The notes beneath the pieces are model-generated. The model had not been told where the DNA came from. It ran no database searches and worked only from the letters and a program-made list of their open reading frames with translations. A stretch of DNA of 64,000 nt from Amphiscolops sp. MND2022 (lineage: Eukaryota), in NCBI GenBank assembly GCA_964187785.1, contig OZ076409.1, positions 31,374,001-31,438,000 on the forward strand, given 5' to 3'. Both the position numbers and the translations under genes were made by a program. How positions within the stretch are numbered: position 1 is the first letter of the stretch; each line of letters starts with the position of its first letter. This document shows, one piece after another, positions 36,701-51,700 of this stretch.

Positions 36701-39700
36701 ATATTAAATTATTTTGATATTTTTTTCCAATGAAGGCATGCTTTGAAACGATGCGTCTTTAAACTCTGTTGTAACGCAATTTTAAAACAAGGTCAATATC
36801 CAAGTGTTTGAAACCACCGGTTTCGTATTGAAATGAATGAAGAGAGTTATCAGCTTTGGTACCAACTCCAGCTGCATTGGAGTGTTTTTTTTCTGACCTG
36901 GAACATGTGCATTCTGAAATTTGGAAAAAAACTTGATCCTGAATCGTTCGAAAAGTGGAATTTTGTATTTGATTGGTGAATTTGATTCCAAATTCTAATA
37001 AGTTTTTGTTCTGGGAATTTGAAATCAAGTTTTTTTTAAATTTTAAATTTTTAACAACCCTGTTTTTCATTGCAAGTGACACTCGACATTTTTTGTCCGT
37101 TTGATGCTTGAAAACCAATGGCAAAAACCAAATCCAATCACTTCAAAAGCTGTCACCAATTCAAAATTGTTGTCAGCTAGAGAAATTTGTTTTTAGTGGC
37201 GCGAATAACGTCTAAGGAATAATGTCAAAGTTTTTTTTTTGAATAACTTTTAATATATGTTTTAACGTTTTAACATATGAGCATGACATGGCTTGGCTTT
37301 AGACGTTATTCCTGTTTTGCATTTAAACGGTATTCCGGCTCATTTTTTTCATAGTTTTCAATGTTTTTTTCTACGACCGATATTGGAAAATTAAAAACGG
37401 CGTTTATAGACATCTTAACTGACATTTGAGCTTCTTCCGAATTTTTCAAAAGTCAGGAAAACTTATACACCCCGTGCCTTTTTCCCCGACCTTTCAACGA
37501 AAATTTCAAGTTCTTAAAAACTGTCCATACGATTCGAACGAAGTTTTTTTTAGTCATTCTACATCATATTAGGGCCTATATGTAGATTGACATCAAAATA
37601 TCTTGTACTCGGATCTGAGAAATTTAGCCAAAAATGGGCAAATGACCATAAATTACGAAATTTGTTTTTCAATATTTTTATCCAATTCCGACTCCTTTAC
37701 CACACATGCGGCTCTAATTGTGATTTAAAATCAAAATCTATAGAAAGTTCATTTATTCGGAGATTCCTCACAGTCTTTTGATCCTAATGTTTTCAAATTG
37801 ACAAAAAACTAGCCTGTGAGGTCTGCTTCATCGATTTGAGAAAGGTTTTTTTTATTCGCTGAATCAGTAAATTCTGCTACGTAAAATTATGGGTTTCCTT
37901 CACGTATCACCAACCATATTGCTCATGTTGTCGAAAGCTAAATTCTTTGGTTTGATGTACAATGTGAGACACTTGTATACTTTAGGATGTTTGTTGATGT
38001 TTTCTTCATATGCAAGTTGTTCTATTATGTTTATTTCCGCGATAGCTGGAATATTATTGAAATCCGCAAGATTTCTACTTTTTTTCAGTACAATTCTTGT
38101 GATACTGAAAAATTCAGCTATTTTGTTCGGCAGTGACTATATAGGTGAGAATTAAATTTCTCAAGCTGTCGACGACAATTCAATTCTCGTGCGATGGAAC
38201 GAGCGAGTGGTAATTCTGCATTCGTACGTCGACATCGTTGAGATGAAGCGAGCGAATGTTCGTAATTATGCTTTCGTACGTCAAGTCATTGAGATGAAAC
38301 GAATGAGTGTTAAATATTCGTTCGCCGAGAGCATGCGAAACATCATCTACCCTTAGTAGTTATGTTTGCTTTATTCCAATATTGAAAGGCGGTATAAACT
38401 GGTACAGTGATCAATTGTGTGCTAAACATTGATTAACAGGAGTGTATTGGTTTTCCAGATATGATTCTCATTACAGTGCATAGACAAGCTTTTTCTGGCC
38501 ATTTTGCGGAAAGCACGACAAGAATTTGCGGAATCCATGACACGCTTACAGAATTCCAATCTCTTTGATGTTTGCGGAATCTAACATAATCTAATAGGCT
38601 ATTAATAATGAAAGATTGAAGCTGAAATAATAGTGAGCCCGGAGGAGCCTATTTTCTAATATGATCTGGTAGTATATGGCAGTGCAGCAAAAGAAAACAT
38701 CGATTTGATTGAAAAAGTTCAACGGCGAATTATTCGTGCTTTTTTTAAAAAAAATTTACTGAAAGCTTATCAACTCTTCTGATTAGGTACAAAATTCTCA
38801 CAGCATCTAAACTTTATTCATGTGATCTGTATCGTCTTTTTGCATCTTAGAGGGAACTCCCCGCTTAATATTCTCACTTAGCTAGTAATCCTCGCACGTA
38901 TGAAACTAGCAGAAAACAGCATGGCCTGAACCCATCGTTATACTGTAGAACGGTAACAAAAAAGAAATCAATTGAGTTAGTTACAATTGGTTGAAAACTT
39001 TTGACCTCATACCTTGGCATCACCAACTTAGTTACAATTGGTTGAAAACTTTTGACCTCATACCTTGGCATCACCAACTTAAGCTCCAATCAATTAAGCT
39101 CCGACTCGAAAAATAGCTGCTTTAGTTATGTGGCTGGATGCACTCAAATGAAAGAACATTTTTGTCTTCTAAGAAATGTTTTTTGAAAATATCCGGTATG
39201 ATGCACTTTTTTATACATAATTTTAAGTAGCCCTTATTGAATTAGAAAGACTCGCTAATTGGTATTTTTCTGGGCAGGGGCTCGAAGAGCCGAGTAGGCT
39301 CACTCCTTGTCCAAATTGAATGTTTATTTATTTGAATTGAAATATCATGTTCGTATTTATACAACATTCAATTAAATGAAAGTTTCTTCCCTTTTCTCTT
39401 GATTTAGAATTTGTTTTGAATTTGTTTTTGGTCTACCAGAAACTGTAATAGATGGGCACTTTACCCTAATACGTGTTTTACAATGGCTATAATAGTTGTT
39501 TCAAGAAAATAGGTGATTTTCATTCGAAAATCGAAAAAGTTCCTCAATACATAACAGCATCCTCGGGTAGTCTGGGGCAAATATTTAGCACTAAGTTTCA
39601 CAAAACAAATTTCGTTGTGTATACTGTGGCTGTTTACTTTGATCTATGAATTCAGTCTAGCATTTTTGGTTGAAGGTTCCACTGCGGGATCAGCAAACAG

Positions 39701-42700
39701 CAGAAAGCAGAGAATTCAAAAACGCAAAGAGGAAGAAGCGGAAAGATCAGACGCTGCTGTGCTTCTTACGGCTATGAGGAAACAAGCTGAAGAATCAAAG
39801 AATGCGGACGTAGAGCAAACTAATGAACTTGTCGCGGGGTTCGACGAAACTGTCACTAAGTGCGTGTACACCGCCATGTTTATCATTTTTAGAAGTCGGA
39901 AAAAAAATCGACTACTTATGCAATGCGTAGTGTAGTATGTGCATATGTGGCACACCTAAAGTGAGTTCATTCACCCGAGAACTGTCCTATTTGAGTCAAA
40001 TAACTTGTGAAGTCATCCGACTATATGAACTAATTATCTACTCAAATAAAAGAACCTGTCAATCTTATCAGACTACGCGTCGGCGAAACTAATTATCTAC
40101 TTAAATAAAAGAACCTGTCAATCGTATCAGACTACCCGTCGGCGAAAGTAATTATCTACTCAAATAAAAACGTCAGTCTTATCAGACTATTCATCAGTGA
40201 ACGTAATTATCTACTCAATGTAGAGTAACAACATTTTTTCTCAGACAATCTGTCAGCTAATTTAATCATCCACGAAAAATAAAAACAATAACTCTGTCAA
40301 GTTTCTCGAGAAGCTTCTCATCCAGGATAAATATCTGGAGATGTTAAAGAACATTGACCGTGTTTGAGTATAATAGCATTCTGTCAAGTAGTCTCATTAT
40401 CTATTAGCGTTGTGGGACTGTTAGTTTTCCCAGACAATCAGTCAGCTAATGTAATTTCTTATGAAAGGGATTATCATGAACCCTCTCAACTTTCACAGTG
40501 GGTTTCCATGGAGTAATTATCTAGAGATTCTAAAGAACATTGATCCTTTTCAAACTAATGCTATTTTATACAAAAATCTTATCTATTTGTTTTGGTATTC
40601 TGTCAGTTTTCCCGGACATCATGTCAACTAGAGTAATTTTCGATGAAAGAAGAGAAAACTTCTCAGAGCTTGAAAAAATGTTTTCCTGTTGGTACATGTA
40701 CATACAAAACGAATTAGATAAATAAATGTTAAATATCTGCTGAAACATGAATATAAAATTGGATTAGAGTAGAAAAAATTAAATATCTAAAGGTTTAGTA
40801 TGGATTCCAACCTCTAGCACTTTTCTTTTGGGTTAGAAACTCGAAAGTCCTCTTTTCTTAAGTTCATAAGTGCATATTTCTCTCTGGTCTACTCTGAATG
40901 CCCTGTTTGTAGATATTTCTTCCTTTGCCTGCAATACACTCCTCATTTTCATCATTGGGTTGTCGTTCTTCAAAGTACTTTTATTGATTCCTTTACAACT
41001 GATCGTGACTGTTTCCGATTTCTCATCATAGCAACAGTATGTTTTCGAACACAAAGCAATCATTTCAGTGCATCTGAATTCTTCCTGGAAAAGACCCGGT
41101 GTTCTTTAATCATGTTTCTTGTGGACTACCCAACAGTTTCGAGGGAAGAAGTTGAAAGGTCCATCGGCTTTGAATTCTCTATCACTGTCATTCGATCGGC
41201 ACGTATGTCAGAACAGCTCCATCTCGGGTTTGATAATATCCTCGATATTTTCTTCAGTTATTGCCATATATAGACTGTCAGTGTCCATCTCAATTAATTC
41301 AAACTTGGAGTCATCGCAAAACACTTTGAAAACGTTGTAGTATAACACCAACATGATTAATTTGGCATTATGAAGATTGCAAAATCCGACAATGATGGGT
41401 TTCTTGTGCTCGCTCTTCCCATCTCACCTTCGAAAAACATACAATTGTTAACCAAACGGTCCACTTCTGATCCGAGAACAAACTTTGTTTTTGTATGTCT
41501 GGATCGATCAATAATCTGATGACCATATGATGAATTAGCTATCAGTTTCATAGTTTCTGCCACCACAGAAGAATCTTTGTTTTCATCTCCTTTTCTTCGG
41601 GCTTCAACCACTGGAGAAACAAATCCTTCGAATGTCTTTTGAGGCTTGTACTGCAGAAACCAATGAATTTTCTTGACAATTAATCCTTTCTCGAGATAAA
41701 ACTTCCGGAGAGGAGTAAAAATTGGACCACGTTCTAATTTGAAACTCGAAATCAGCATTCTCGTGGGTTTTTTCAAAAGAGTATTAATCTGACCGAAGCA
41801 TTTCATATAGTTTCCAAAATCACCCTTGGAAATTTCACAATTTTTGAAAATTGGAGGAAAATCAGCAAAGTCTTTTCTCATTTCAACAGGAACTTCCAGG
41901 GTACAATCCTCAACCACAAAGAGTTGCTCTTTTCGAATTCTTCGTAGAAATCCTTCTTCTGATAAAGGAGGAATGAATGGATGATTTTTCTTCATAAAAT
42001 TTTTAGCTCCCTGCTGGTTTGACTTGACCATTTTCCACCAATGACGCTCCCAAATTTCAACAATGTTCAGACCCTGACTTTTTAGAAATCGTTTCCGAAT
42101 ATAACCCGCGAAGGACTACTGGAAGTTATAGGGAACATTGTACCCATCGACATTCAAATCGAGTCGCACGGAACCAAATTTTACATAAGATTTCGACTGC
42201 AACCGCAAGATTTGTTCAAATGTTTGGGCAGAATGCCAGATTTCTTGGATTTAATTTCTCAAGTGCTGTTGAAAGTCATTTTTTCAATCTTTGTTCTATC
42301 TCCGGTATATTAGACATTTCAAAAATTCCTGGCTGTAAGAAGTTAGAGACCCGAACATTCTGCATCTGCTGCTAATCTTCTGACAATTTGTGATTTATCG
42401 ATTTACAGTCGAAATCTTACATGTAAAATTTGGTTTCGTGCGACTCGATTTGAATGTCGATGGGTACAATGTTCCCTATAACTTCCAGTAGTCCTTCGCG
42501 GGTTATATTCGGGAACGATTTCTAAAAAGTCAGGGTCTGAACATTGTTGAAATTTGGGAGTCTCATTGGTGGAAAATGGTCAAGTCAAACAAGCAGGGAG
42601 CTAAAAATTTTATGAAGAAAAATCATCCATTCATTCCTCCTTTATCAGAAGAAGGATTTCTACGAAGAATTCGAAAAGAGCAACTCTTTGTGGTTGAAGA

Positions 42701-45700
42701 TTGTACCCTGGAAGTTCCTGTTGAAATGCGAAAAGACATTGCTGATTTTCCTCCAATTTTCAAAAATTGTGAAATTTCCAGGGATGATATTGGAAACTAT
42801 ATGAAATGCTTCGGTCAAATTAATATTCTTTTGAGAATGCTGATTTCGAGTTTCAAATTAGAACATGGTCCAATTTTTACTCCTCTCCGGAAGTTTTACC
42901 TCGAGAAAGGATTAATTGTCAAGAAAATTCATTGGTTTCTGCAGTACAAGCCTCAAAAGACATTCGAAGGATTTGTTTCTCCAGTGGTTGGAGCCCGAAG
43001 AAAAGGAGATGAAAACAAAGATTCTTCCGTGGTGGCAGAAACTATGAAACTGATAGCTAATTCATCATATGGTCATCAGATTATTGATCGATCCAGACAT
43101 ACAAACACAAAGTTTGTTCTCGGATCAGAAGTGGACCGTTTGGTTAACAATTGTATGTTTTTCGAAGGTGAGATGGGAAGAGCGAGCACAAGAAACGCAT
43201 CATTGTCGGATTTTGCAATCTTCATAATGCCAAATTAATCATGTTGGTGTTATACTACAACGTTTTCAAAGTGTTTTGCGATGACTCCAAGTTTGAATTA
43301 ATTGAGATGGACACTGACAGTCTATATATGGCAATAACTGAAGAAAATATCGAGGATATTATCAAACCCGAGATGGAGCTGTTCTGACATACGTGCCGAT
43401 CGAATGACTGCAGTGATAGAGAATTCAAAGCCGATGGACCTTTCAACTTCTTCCCTCGAAACTGTTGGGTAGTCCACAAGAAACATGATTAAAGAACACC
43501 GGGTCTTTTCCAGGAAGAATTCAGATGCACTGAAATGATTGCTTTGTGTTCGAAAACATACTGTTGCTATGATGAGAAATCGGAAACAGTCACGATCAGT
43601 TGTAAAGAAATCAATAAAAGTACTCTGAAGAACGACAACCCAATGATGAAAATGAGGAGTGTATTGCAGGCAAAGGAAGAAATATCTACAAACAGGGCAT
43701 TCAGAGTAGACCAGAGAGAAATATGTACTTATGAACATAGAAATGAGGACTTTCGTGTTTCTATCCCAAAAGAAAAGTGCCAGAGGATGGAATCCATACT
43801 AAACCTTTAGATATTCAATTTTTTCTACTCTAATCCAATTTTATATTCATGTTCCAGCAGATATTTAACATTTATTTATCAAATTCGTTTTGTATGTACA
43901 TGTACCAACAGGAAAACATTTTTTCAAGCTCTGAGAAGTTTTCTCTTCTTTCATCGAAAATTACTCTAGTTGACATGATGTCTGGGAAAACTGACAGAAT
44001 ACCAAAACTCAAATAGATAAGATTTTTGTATAAAATAGAATTAGTTTGAAAAGGATCAATGTTCTTTAACATCTCTAGATAATTACTCCATGGAAACCCA
44101 CTGTGAAAGTTGAGAGGGTTCATGATAATCCCTTTCATAAAAAATTACATTAGCTGACTGATTGTCTGGGAAAACTAACCGTCCCAGAACTCTAATAGAT
44201 AATGAGACTACTTGACAGGATGCTATTATATTCAAACAAGGTCAATGTTCTTTAACATCTCCAGATATTTATCCGGGATGAGAAGCTTCTCGAGAAACTT
44301 GACAGAGATATTGTTTTTATTTTTCGTGGAAATCCTTCTTCTGATAAAGGAGGAATGAATGGATGATTTTTCTTCATAAAATTTTTTAGCTCCCTGCTTG
44401 TTTGACTTGACCATTTTCCACCAATGACTCTCCCAAAATTCAACAATAATCAGACCCTGACTTTTTAGAAATCGTCTCCGGATATAACCCGCGAAGGACT
44501 ACTGGAAGTTATAGGGAACATTGTACCCATCGACATTCAAATCGAGTCGCACGGAATCAAATTTTACATGTAAGATTTCGACAGTAAATCGATAAATCAC
44601 AAATTGTCAGAAGATTAGCAGCAGATGCAGAATGTTCGGGTCTCTAACTTCTTACAGCCAGGAATTTTTGAAATGTCTAATATACCGGAGATAGAACAAA
44701 GATTGAAAAAATGACTTTCAACAGCACTTGAGAAATTAAATCCAAGAAATCTGGCATTCTGCCCAAACATTTGAACAAATCTTGCGGTTGCAGTCGAAAT
44801 CTTATGTAAAGTTTGGTTCCGTGCGACTCGATTTGAATGTCGATGGGTACAATGTTCCCTATAACTTCCAGTAGTCCTTCGCGGGTTATATTCGGAAACG
44901 ATTTCTAAAAAGTCAGGGTCTGAACATTGTTGAAATTTGGGAGTGTCATTGGTGGAAAATAGTCAAGTCAAACCAGCAGGGAGCTAAAAATTTTATGAAG
45001 AAAAATCATCCATTGATTCCTCCTTTATCAGAAGAAGGATTTCTACGAAGAATTCGAAAAGAGCAACTCTTTGTGGTTGAAGATTGTACCCTGGAAGTTC
45101 CTGTTGAAATGCGAAAAGACATTGCTGATTTTCCTCCAATTTTCAAAAATTGTGAAATTTCCAGGGATGATATTGGAAACTATATGAAATGCTTCGGTCA
45201 GATTAATAATCTTTTGAGAATGCTGATTTCGAGTTTCAAATTAGAACATGGTCCAATTTTTACTCCTCTCCGGAAGTTTTATCTCGAGAAAGGATTAATT
45301 GTCAAGAAAATTCATTGGTTTCTGCAGTACAAGCCTCAAAAGACATTCGAAGGATTTGTTTCTCCAGTGGTTGAAGCCCGAAGCAAAGGAGATGAAAACA
45401 AAGATTCTTCCGTGGTGGCAGAAACTATGAAACTGATAGCTAATTCACCATATGGTCATCAGATTATTGATCGATCCAGACATACAAACACAAAGTTTGT
45501 TCTCGGATCAGATGTGGACCGTTTGGTTAACAATTGTATGTTTTGAAGATTCCACCATTTACCCAAAGACATTTTCGAAGTTGAGACGCGAAGACTTAAG
45601 ATCGAGCACAAGGAACTTATCCTTGTCGGATTTTTCATTTTTCACTTTGCCAAATTAATCATGTTGGTGTTATACTACAACTTTTTCAAAGTGTTTTGCG

Positions 45701-48700
45701 ATCACTCCAAGTTTGAATTCAGATTGACACTGACAGTCTGTATATGGCAATAACCGAAAAAATATCGAGGATATTATCAAACCCCAGATGAAGCTGTTGT
45801 GACAAACGTGCCGAGCGAATGACAGTGATAGAGAATTCAAAGCCGGTGGGCCTTTCAACTTCTTCCCTCGAAGCTGTTGCGTAGTCCACAGGAAACATGA
45901 TCAAAGAACACCCGGTCTTTTCAAGGAAGAATTCAGATGCACTGAAATGATTGCTTTGTGTTCGAAAACACTGTTGCTATGATGAGAAATCGGAAACAGT
46001 CACGATCAGTTGTAAAGGAATCAATAAAAGTACTCTGAAGAACGACAACCCAATGATGAAAATGAGGAGTGTATTGCAGGCAAAGGAAGAAAAATCTACA
46101 AACAGGGCATTCAGAGTAGACCAGAGAGAAATATGTACTTATGAACATAGAAATGAGGACTTTCGTGTTTCTATCCCAAAAGAAAAGTGCCAGAGGATGG
46201 AATCCATACTAAACCTTTAGATATTCAATTTTTTCTACTCTAATCCAATTTTATATTGATGTTCCAGCAGATATTTAACATTTATTTATCTAATTCGTTT
46301 TGTATGTACATGTACCAACAGGAAAACATTTTTTCAAGCTCTGAGAAGTTTTCTCTTCTTTCATCGAAAATTACTCTAAAACTGACAGAATACCAAAACT
46401 CAAATAGATAACAAGATTTTTGTATAAAATAGCATTAGTTTGAAAAGGATCAATGTTCTTTAACATCTCTAGATAATTACTCCATGGAAACCCACTGTGA
46501 AAGTTGAGAGGGTTCATGATAATCCCTTTCATAAGAAATTACATTAGCTGACTGATTGTCTGGGAAAACTAACCGTCCCAGAACTCTAATAGATAATGAG
46601 ACTACATGACAGGATGCTATTATATTCAAACAAGGTCAATGTTCTTTAACATCTCCAGATATTTATCCTGGATGAGAAGCTTCTCGAGAAACTTGACAGA
46701 GTTATTGTTTTTATTTTTTTGTGGATGATTAAATTAGCTGTTAGATTGTCTGAGAAAAAATGTTGTTACTCCACATTGAGTAGATAATTACTTTCACTGA
46801 TGAATAGTCTGATAAGATTGACGTTTTTATTTGAGTAGATAATTACTTTCGCCGACGGGTAGTCTGATAAGATTGACAGGTTCTTTTATTTGACTAGATT
46901 GATGCTTTCGCCGACAGGTAGTCTGATAAGATTGACAGGTTCTTTCATTTGAATAGATAATTAGTTCATATAGTCGGATGACCTTTACATGTTATTTGAC
47001 TCAAATATGACAGTTCGCGGGTGAATGAACTCCTCAGTTTAGGTATGCCACATCTGCATATACTACACTACTGCAATGGTACCTTTTTTCTTCCGATCTT
47101 TCAGTGAAAGTTCCAAATTTCTCAAACTGTCCGTACGATTTTGATAAAATTGGCACAGTCATTCTACACCCAAAGGTGCTCCTGTGGCAGCAAGTTCGAA
47201 TGACGGATCTGAGAAAGATAGTCAGAATTAGTCCAAAAATGACGAAAAAGTGCCATTTTTGGACTTTGATTTTCTCGAAACTGTCCATACAATTCGAACG
47301 AAATTTTTACAGTCATTCTACACCATTTTAGGGTCCTGTATGTGCAATGGTATCAAAATCGTATGGCTGGGATCGGAGAAACATAGCCTAGATTAGTCAA
47401 AAAGTTACCAAATGACAAAGTACGTAATTTGATTTTCAATATTTTGATCCGTTTCCGACTCCTTCATCGCACATGACTCTGGTTAAACTAGAAAATTGAA
47501 TTTTGCCTTCGTGTCCACTCTCTAATTCGTCAAGTTGCAAGCACCTATGGATTGAATTATTTTTGTGCGCTGTTGTTTTTAGCTATTTTTAGATCCATCC
47601 ATTGAATGTTGTTCCTTACAGTACTGCCTATTGATTCACTATTTACCATTGACTGGTTGGTTTAGACCAAAGAAATGGAACCAAAACTTGAAAGGCCCCA
47701 TGATGGACTTCACCAAGTACTTTGAAGCTGATATCGGAGAAGTGGAGGGTGTTCACATCTGGTACATTTCCAACTTCTGTCCTGTCATGCTCGGTAAGTC
47801 ATATGCCCCTCTATGAGAAACCAGAACCATAGATTAATAAATTGACTCGTTCGTTTTCAAATAATTAACACTCCTTCAAAATGAACAATCTATCGTATGA
47901 ATTTGGATTAAAGTAGGTGGCTGTAATGATGATAATTCTTGTGGCCGTTTCATGCCAAGTTTTTTTAGATGAGACAGAGAATGGGAAGTTCTACCAAAAA
48001 GACTGTTACATCATTTTACAGGTACAGTTGTTTGAATGGTAGCATTGCACAGGATCTGGTTGAATTGGGATACATTGCACTTCTTTGTTTAGAACCTTTG
48101 GAATGGATCTGAGTTTCTCCACAACATCTATTTCTGGATTGGTAAAGATGCTGAAGTTAGTTCATTTAAGACTCCCTCATTTGATGATGGAATTTCTTGC
48201 TTGCGCACTTTGCGAAACAACCAGACTCATGGTTTGAAACTCCTAAGCTTCAGTTTTTCAGCAAATGCTTTGTTTTTGACAGCAAGACAAGCAAACGTGT
48301 TGTGCCATTCATGCTGTCAATTTGCGCAACATGACAGGAGCCTCTTGTCGAACTGTGCGTGAAGATCAGGACGAGGAGAGCGAGGAATTCCTCACTGTAT
48401 TCGCATCTACTTTCGAAATTCTAGACGGCGGCTATGGGGAGAGTGGATTCCATCACTTCGAGCAGCAAGCTGCAAATCAGTATCTCTATTGTCTTAACAC
48501 TCAATCCAACAGAATTGGAATGCACCTGGTACGTTTTTTTCTTTCAATCACTGACATCTTAACAGCTTCCCCATTTACAATAGAGCTCTAAAGTGAAGCA
48601 ATGTCAACTTTAGAAGTCAACTTTCACTGAAACTTTTCTATCATTGAAGTTACTTCCCACCGGCAAATTTTAGGGGTGAGTCATGTCAGGACAAATCAAC

Positions 48701-51700
48701 ATGCTCAGGAGACTTAAAGGCACATATGATTATTATTATTTCTGCGATAGCAGGAAGAATATAAGTAGTAATAGCAGGTAGGGGGTGTTAAATGATGATT
48801 TGGGCTCCCAACCGAAATTATTCTATGTCAGAACCCTATCTCACTTTTACTGCCCACAACCAAAATTATTCTAAGTCAGAAAATTATCTCACATTTAGGG
48901 CTCCCAACCGAAGTCAGAAAATAAATCATTTTGGTCATACTGAGCGGACTGTATGCCAATTGTCATGAATGTTTACTGATGCAAATTAATGATGATAAAC
49001 TTTCGAGCACAGCGACGTATACCCATTTTAAACTTGAACTGAAAGAAAGCAATTTTATTCATGTGTTAATGCACTTCCATATAATTCACCATGAAATTCT
49101 AACCTTTCGTCCTCTGACATTAGCAGCAATGGGAATATAAGTAATTTTCTGAAAACGAGAGATTTCTGATTCCTGAAACATACATCTAGAAATTGTGCTT
49201 TCTGCATGGAACTTTCCCATGGCACCTTCCAAAGGAATTTCCATGTTTATCGTCGTTGATACTTGTGTTAAGAGAAATCGTCATTATAACTCGAATTCGT
49301 TTCCGGAACAGTTAACACGCGATATGACTTCAGTGTTTTGCGAAATACCGAGTAATTATTGGCTGCTCTTGTTCTCAACTGAAGAATCCGAAATCTACTG
49401 TGATGTCTACGAGAAGGGCAATTACTCAAGTTCACCGAGGAGTCTTCTCAAATTACAGGAAATACTCTCCATATCTCACAAATGCCATTTCATTGCAAGA
49501 TTCGCAAGAGGCCAGTAATGTTTCACTGGACTAGTTTTGTGACGCCATGCCTATAAATTGTCATCATCTTCTGATGTACCTCCCACAATGCACTAACGCA
49601 GAAACAATATTCAAGCAAACCAATTCACAAATTTTGTCCAACGAACAATTGGCAAATGTCGACTTCTCACAGTTTCGTATCCAGCGAACTTCCTGAACGT
49701 ACTATTTTGCCCTAGATCTCTCTTCGTAGGAAGCGAGAGAGTGGAGAACCTGATGACTCGGAAAACTGAAATTTGGGTTGCAGTTTCAAGTGCATTTGGG
49801 AACTTGACTGGCACAATTCCTTGGGTGACTGTCCGATAATGAAAAGGCTTTTTACATATTCCAAAAGCTTGTGGAACGAAAAAAAAGATAGATGGTTCCT
49901 TTCAAGGATACTGTGATGTCTTACATCGAACTTTTATAAGGAGGTATCGGACGACTTTGTCTATCTGAACAAAGTAGAACATTGGATTTTGATTTGGGAG
50001 TCTCAAATGCTCAATGGATCTGCTTTGAATGTCTGAACCGTTTATTGCAACTGCACGAAGCGATCGACAACACACCAGCCCTCAACTTTTTCCCTTGAAA
50101 TGAAAATAATCGATATTTCATTTCTGTAAATTTTCAATTTGAAATCAGTTGGCTTTTTTAATAATTCAAACTTAGAAAAATCGACGTTTTCTGCGAGACA
50201 AGTTTGTGAAAAATTTATAGCAGTTAACTACTGCTTTTCTAAAAACAGCACCACCAAAAACGACTCCTTGAGAGTTTGTAGTTATATAGACGAGAATGTT
50301 GATTTGAAGGGAGTTAATGCTAAAGCACTTTTCGGAGGCAAGACAGGGCCAGGCGATAAAAAGTTGGATAGTTATCTAAGGTTTTCCAAAGTTTTGTGCC
50401 GCTTGCAATTTTCCATGATATGATGCTCATGGGTACATGCGCAGCTTCAAGTAAGTTGGCCTAGGTTACGTCTACACTCTCGGAAAGGCTCAATTTTCCA
50501 CAAGAGTGTGCTTCTAGGACATTTCTCAGGTATATCATTTTGGTTATCATATTGTTCCATCGAGAGCGATTCGATGCATTTCCATTTTAACAATCATATG
50601 TAGTCTGAATAATATTCTGTTCAGTTGCATTCTGAAGTGGAGAGATTTTAATTTGAATCAAAAGTACGCCATGTTATGAGCGGCCTTGATTTGAGCCATA
50701 CTAGTGGCTAACACAGTAACTTGTCGTTCAACAATCGAGGCGATCAAGAGAATCAAATTGATCACGGAAATTGATTAGTTCCGAACCTTGAAAGAATAAT
50801 ATTCGACCAAACAGAGAACAAAAACCACCCTACACTTGGTTGTAATTCCCCAGTGGAAAGGTCTTTGGTGTTGGTCTTTTGACAAGATTCATACTTCTTG
50901 CAGTTTTCAAGTTCTGTGTTCTTTTCCTTACTCTTTGTGAAAACGACAACAATGTCTCATCCGGGTTTCTAGCGATGAAAATCTTCATTGTTTCATTTCT
51001 GTGGTGGGACCAGCTGGTTCTGGCAAGAAACAATTGATTGAAAGTATGATTTGCAACCAGGATAAAATTTTTATCGCCCTGACTTGGACAAAATACTGTA
51101 CTTTTATAAACATTATCAGCAACCGTATAGACAACTTGAAGCTGATTGCCTTCCCAACAAAGTTGAGTTGCAATTGATTCAAGGCTTGGAGTGGAATGCG
51201 GCTGCGCGATGAGAAATCTCGAAGCAACGTACTCTGGTCGTTATAGACGACCTGTATGACGAAGCTGGAAGTTTTTGGACCTAGATGCCACTGCAGGAGA
51301 ATCTTTTCCAACAATCCAAAAACCAAAAGACGGTTGATTTGAATGTGGCTCAAATAGTTCTTTTCAATAGTCCAAGAGATTCTGAACAAATTGGAATTAT
51401 GGGACGTCAACTGGGCGAGCGTTCTACTCTATTAAAGATCCGTAAAAGAGCGACTCAAGAAGTATTTGGTAATTTAGTGATATTTGAATGTGAAGAGCAG
51501 CAGGAACCTCAGATACTGCTCACATTGCTCTGGCGACGAATCACCCCGTTTTTATTGCGCGAGAGGCGAACTTTTTATCAATGATGAATTTACAAAATTA
51601 CTACAAAAAGTTGCAAAAAAACTGTTTTCCTGGCACTTGGGATAGTGAATCTAGAGAAAGTTTGTTCGAAACGTCGAGTTGCCTTGAAACGAAAACGCCA

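Larger units (their letters stand above)
39926..47072. mobile_element. Non-autonomous palindromic Polinton derivative (element 2)
   Basis: Termini cGTAGTGTAGTA...TACTACACTACT, 6-bp TSD GCAATG (39920-39925, 47073-47078), long TIRs with ~59-bp sub-repeats; splits a host repeat (gactacttatgcaat|gtaccttttt). Confidence 0.92.

Noticed and set aside
40020..40700. ~59-bp repeats resembling a CRISPR array
   Set aside because: Degenerate tandem sub-repeats without unique spacers, inside a Polinton TIR, in a eukaryotic context
49150..50900. Possible further Polinton 3 genes
   Set aside because: Too degenerate to assign any motif by eye
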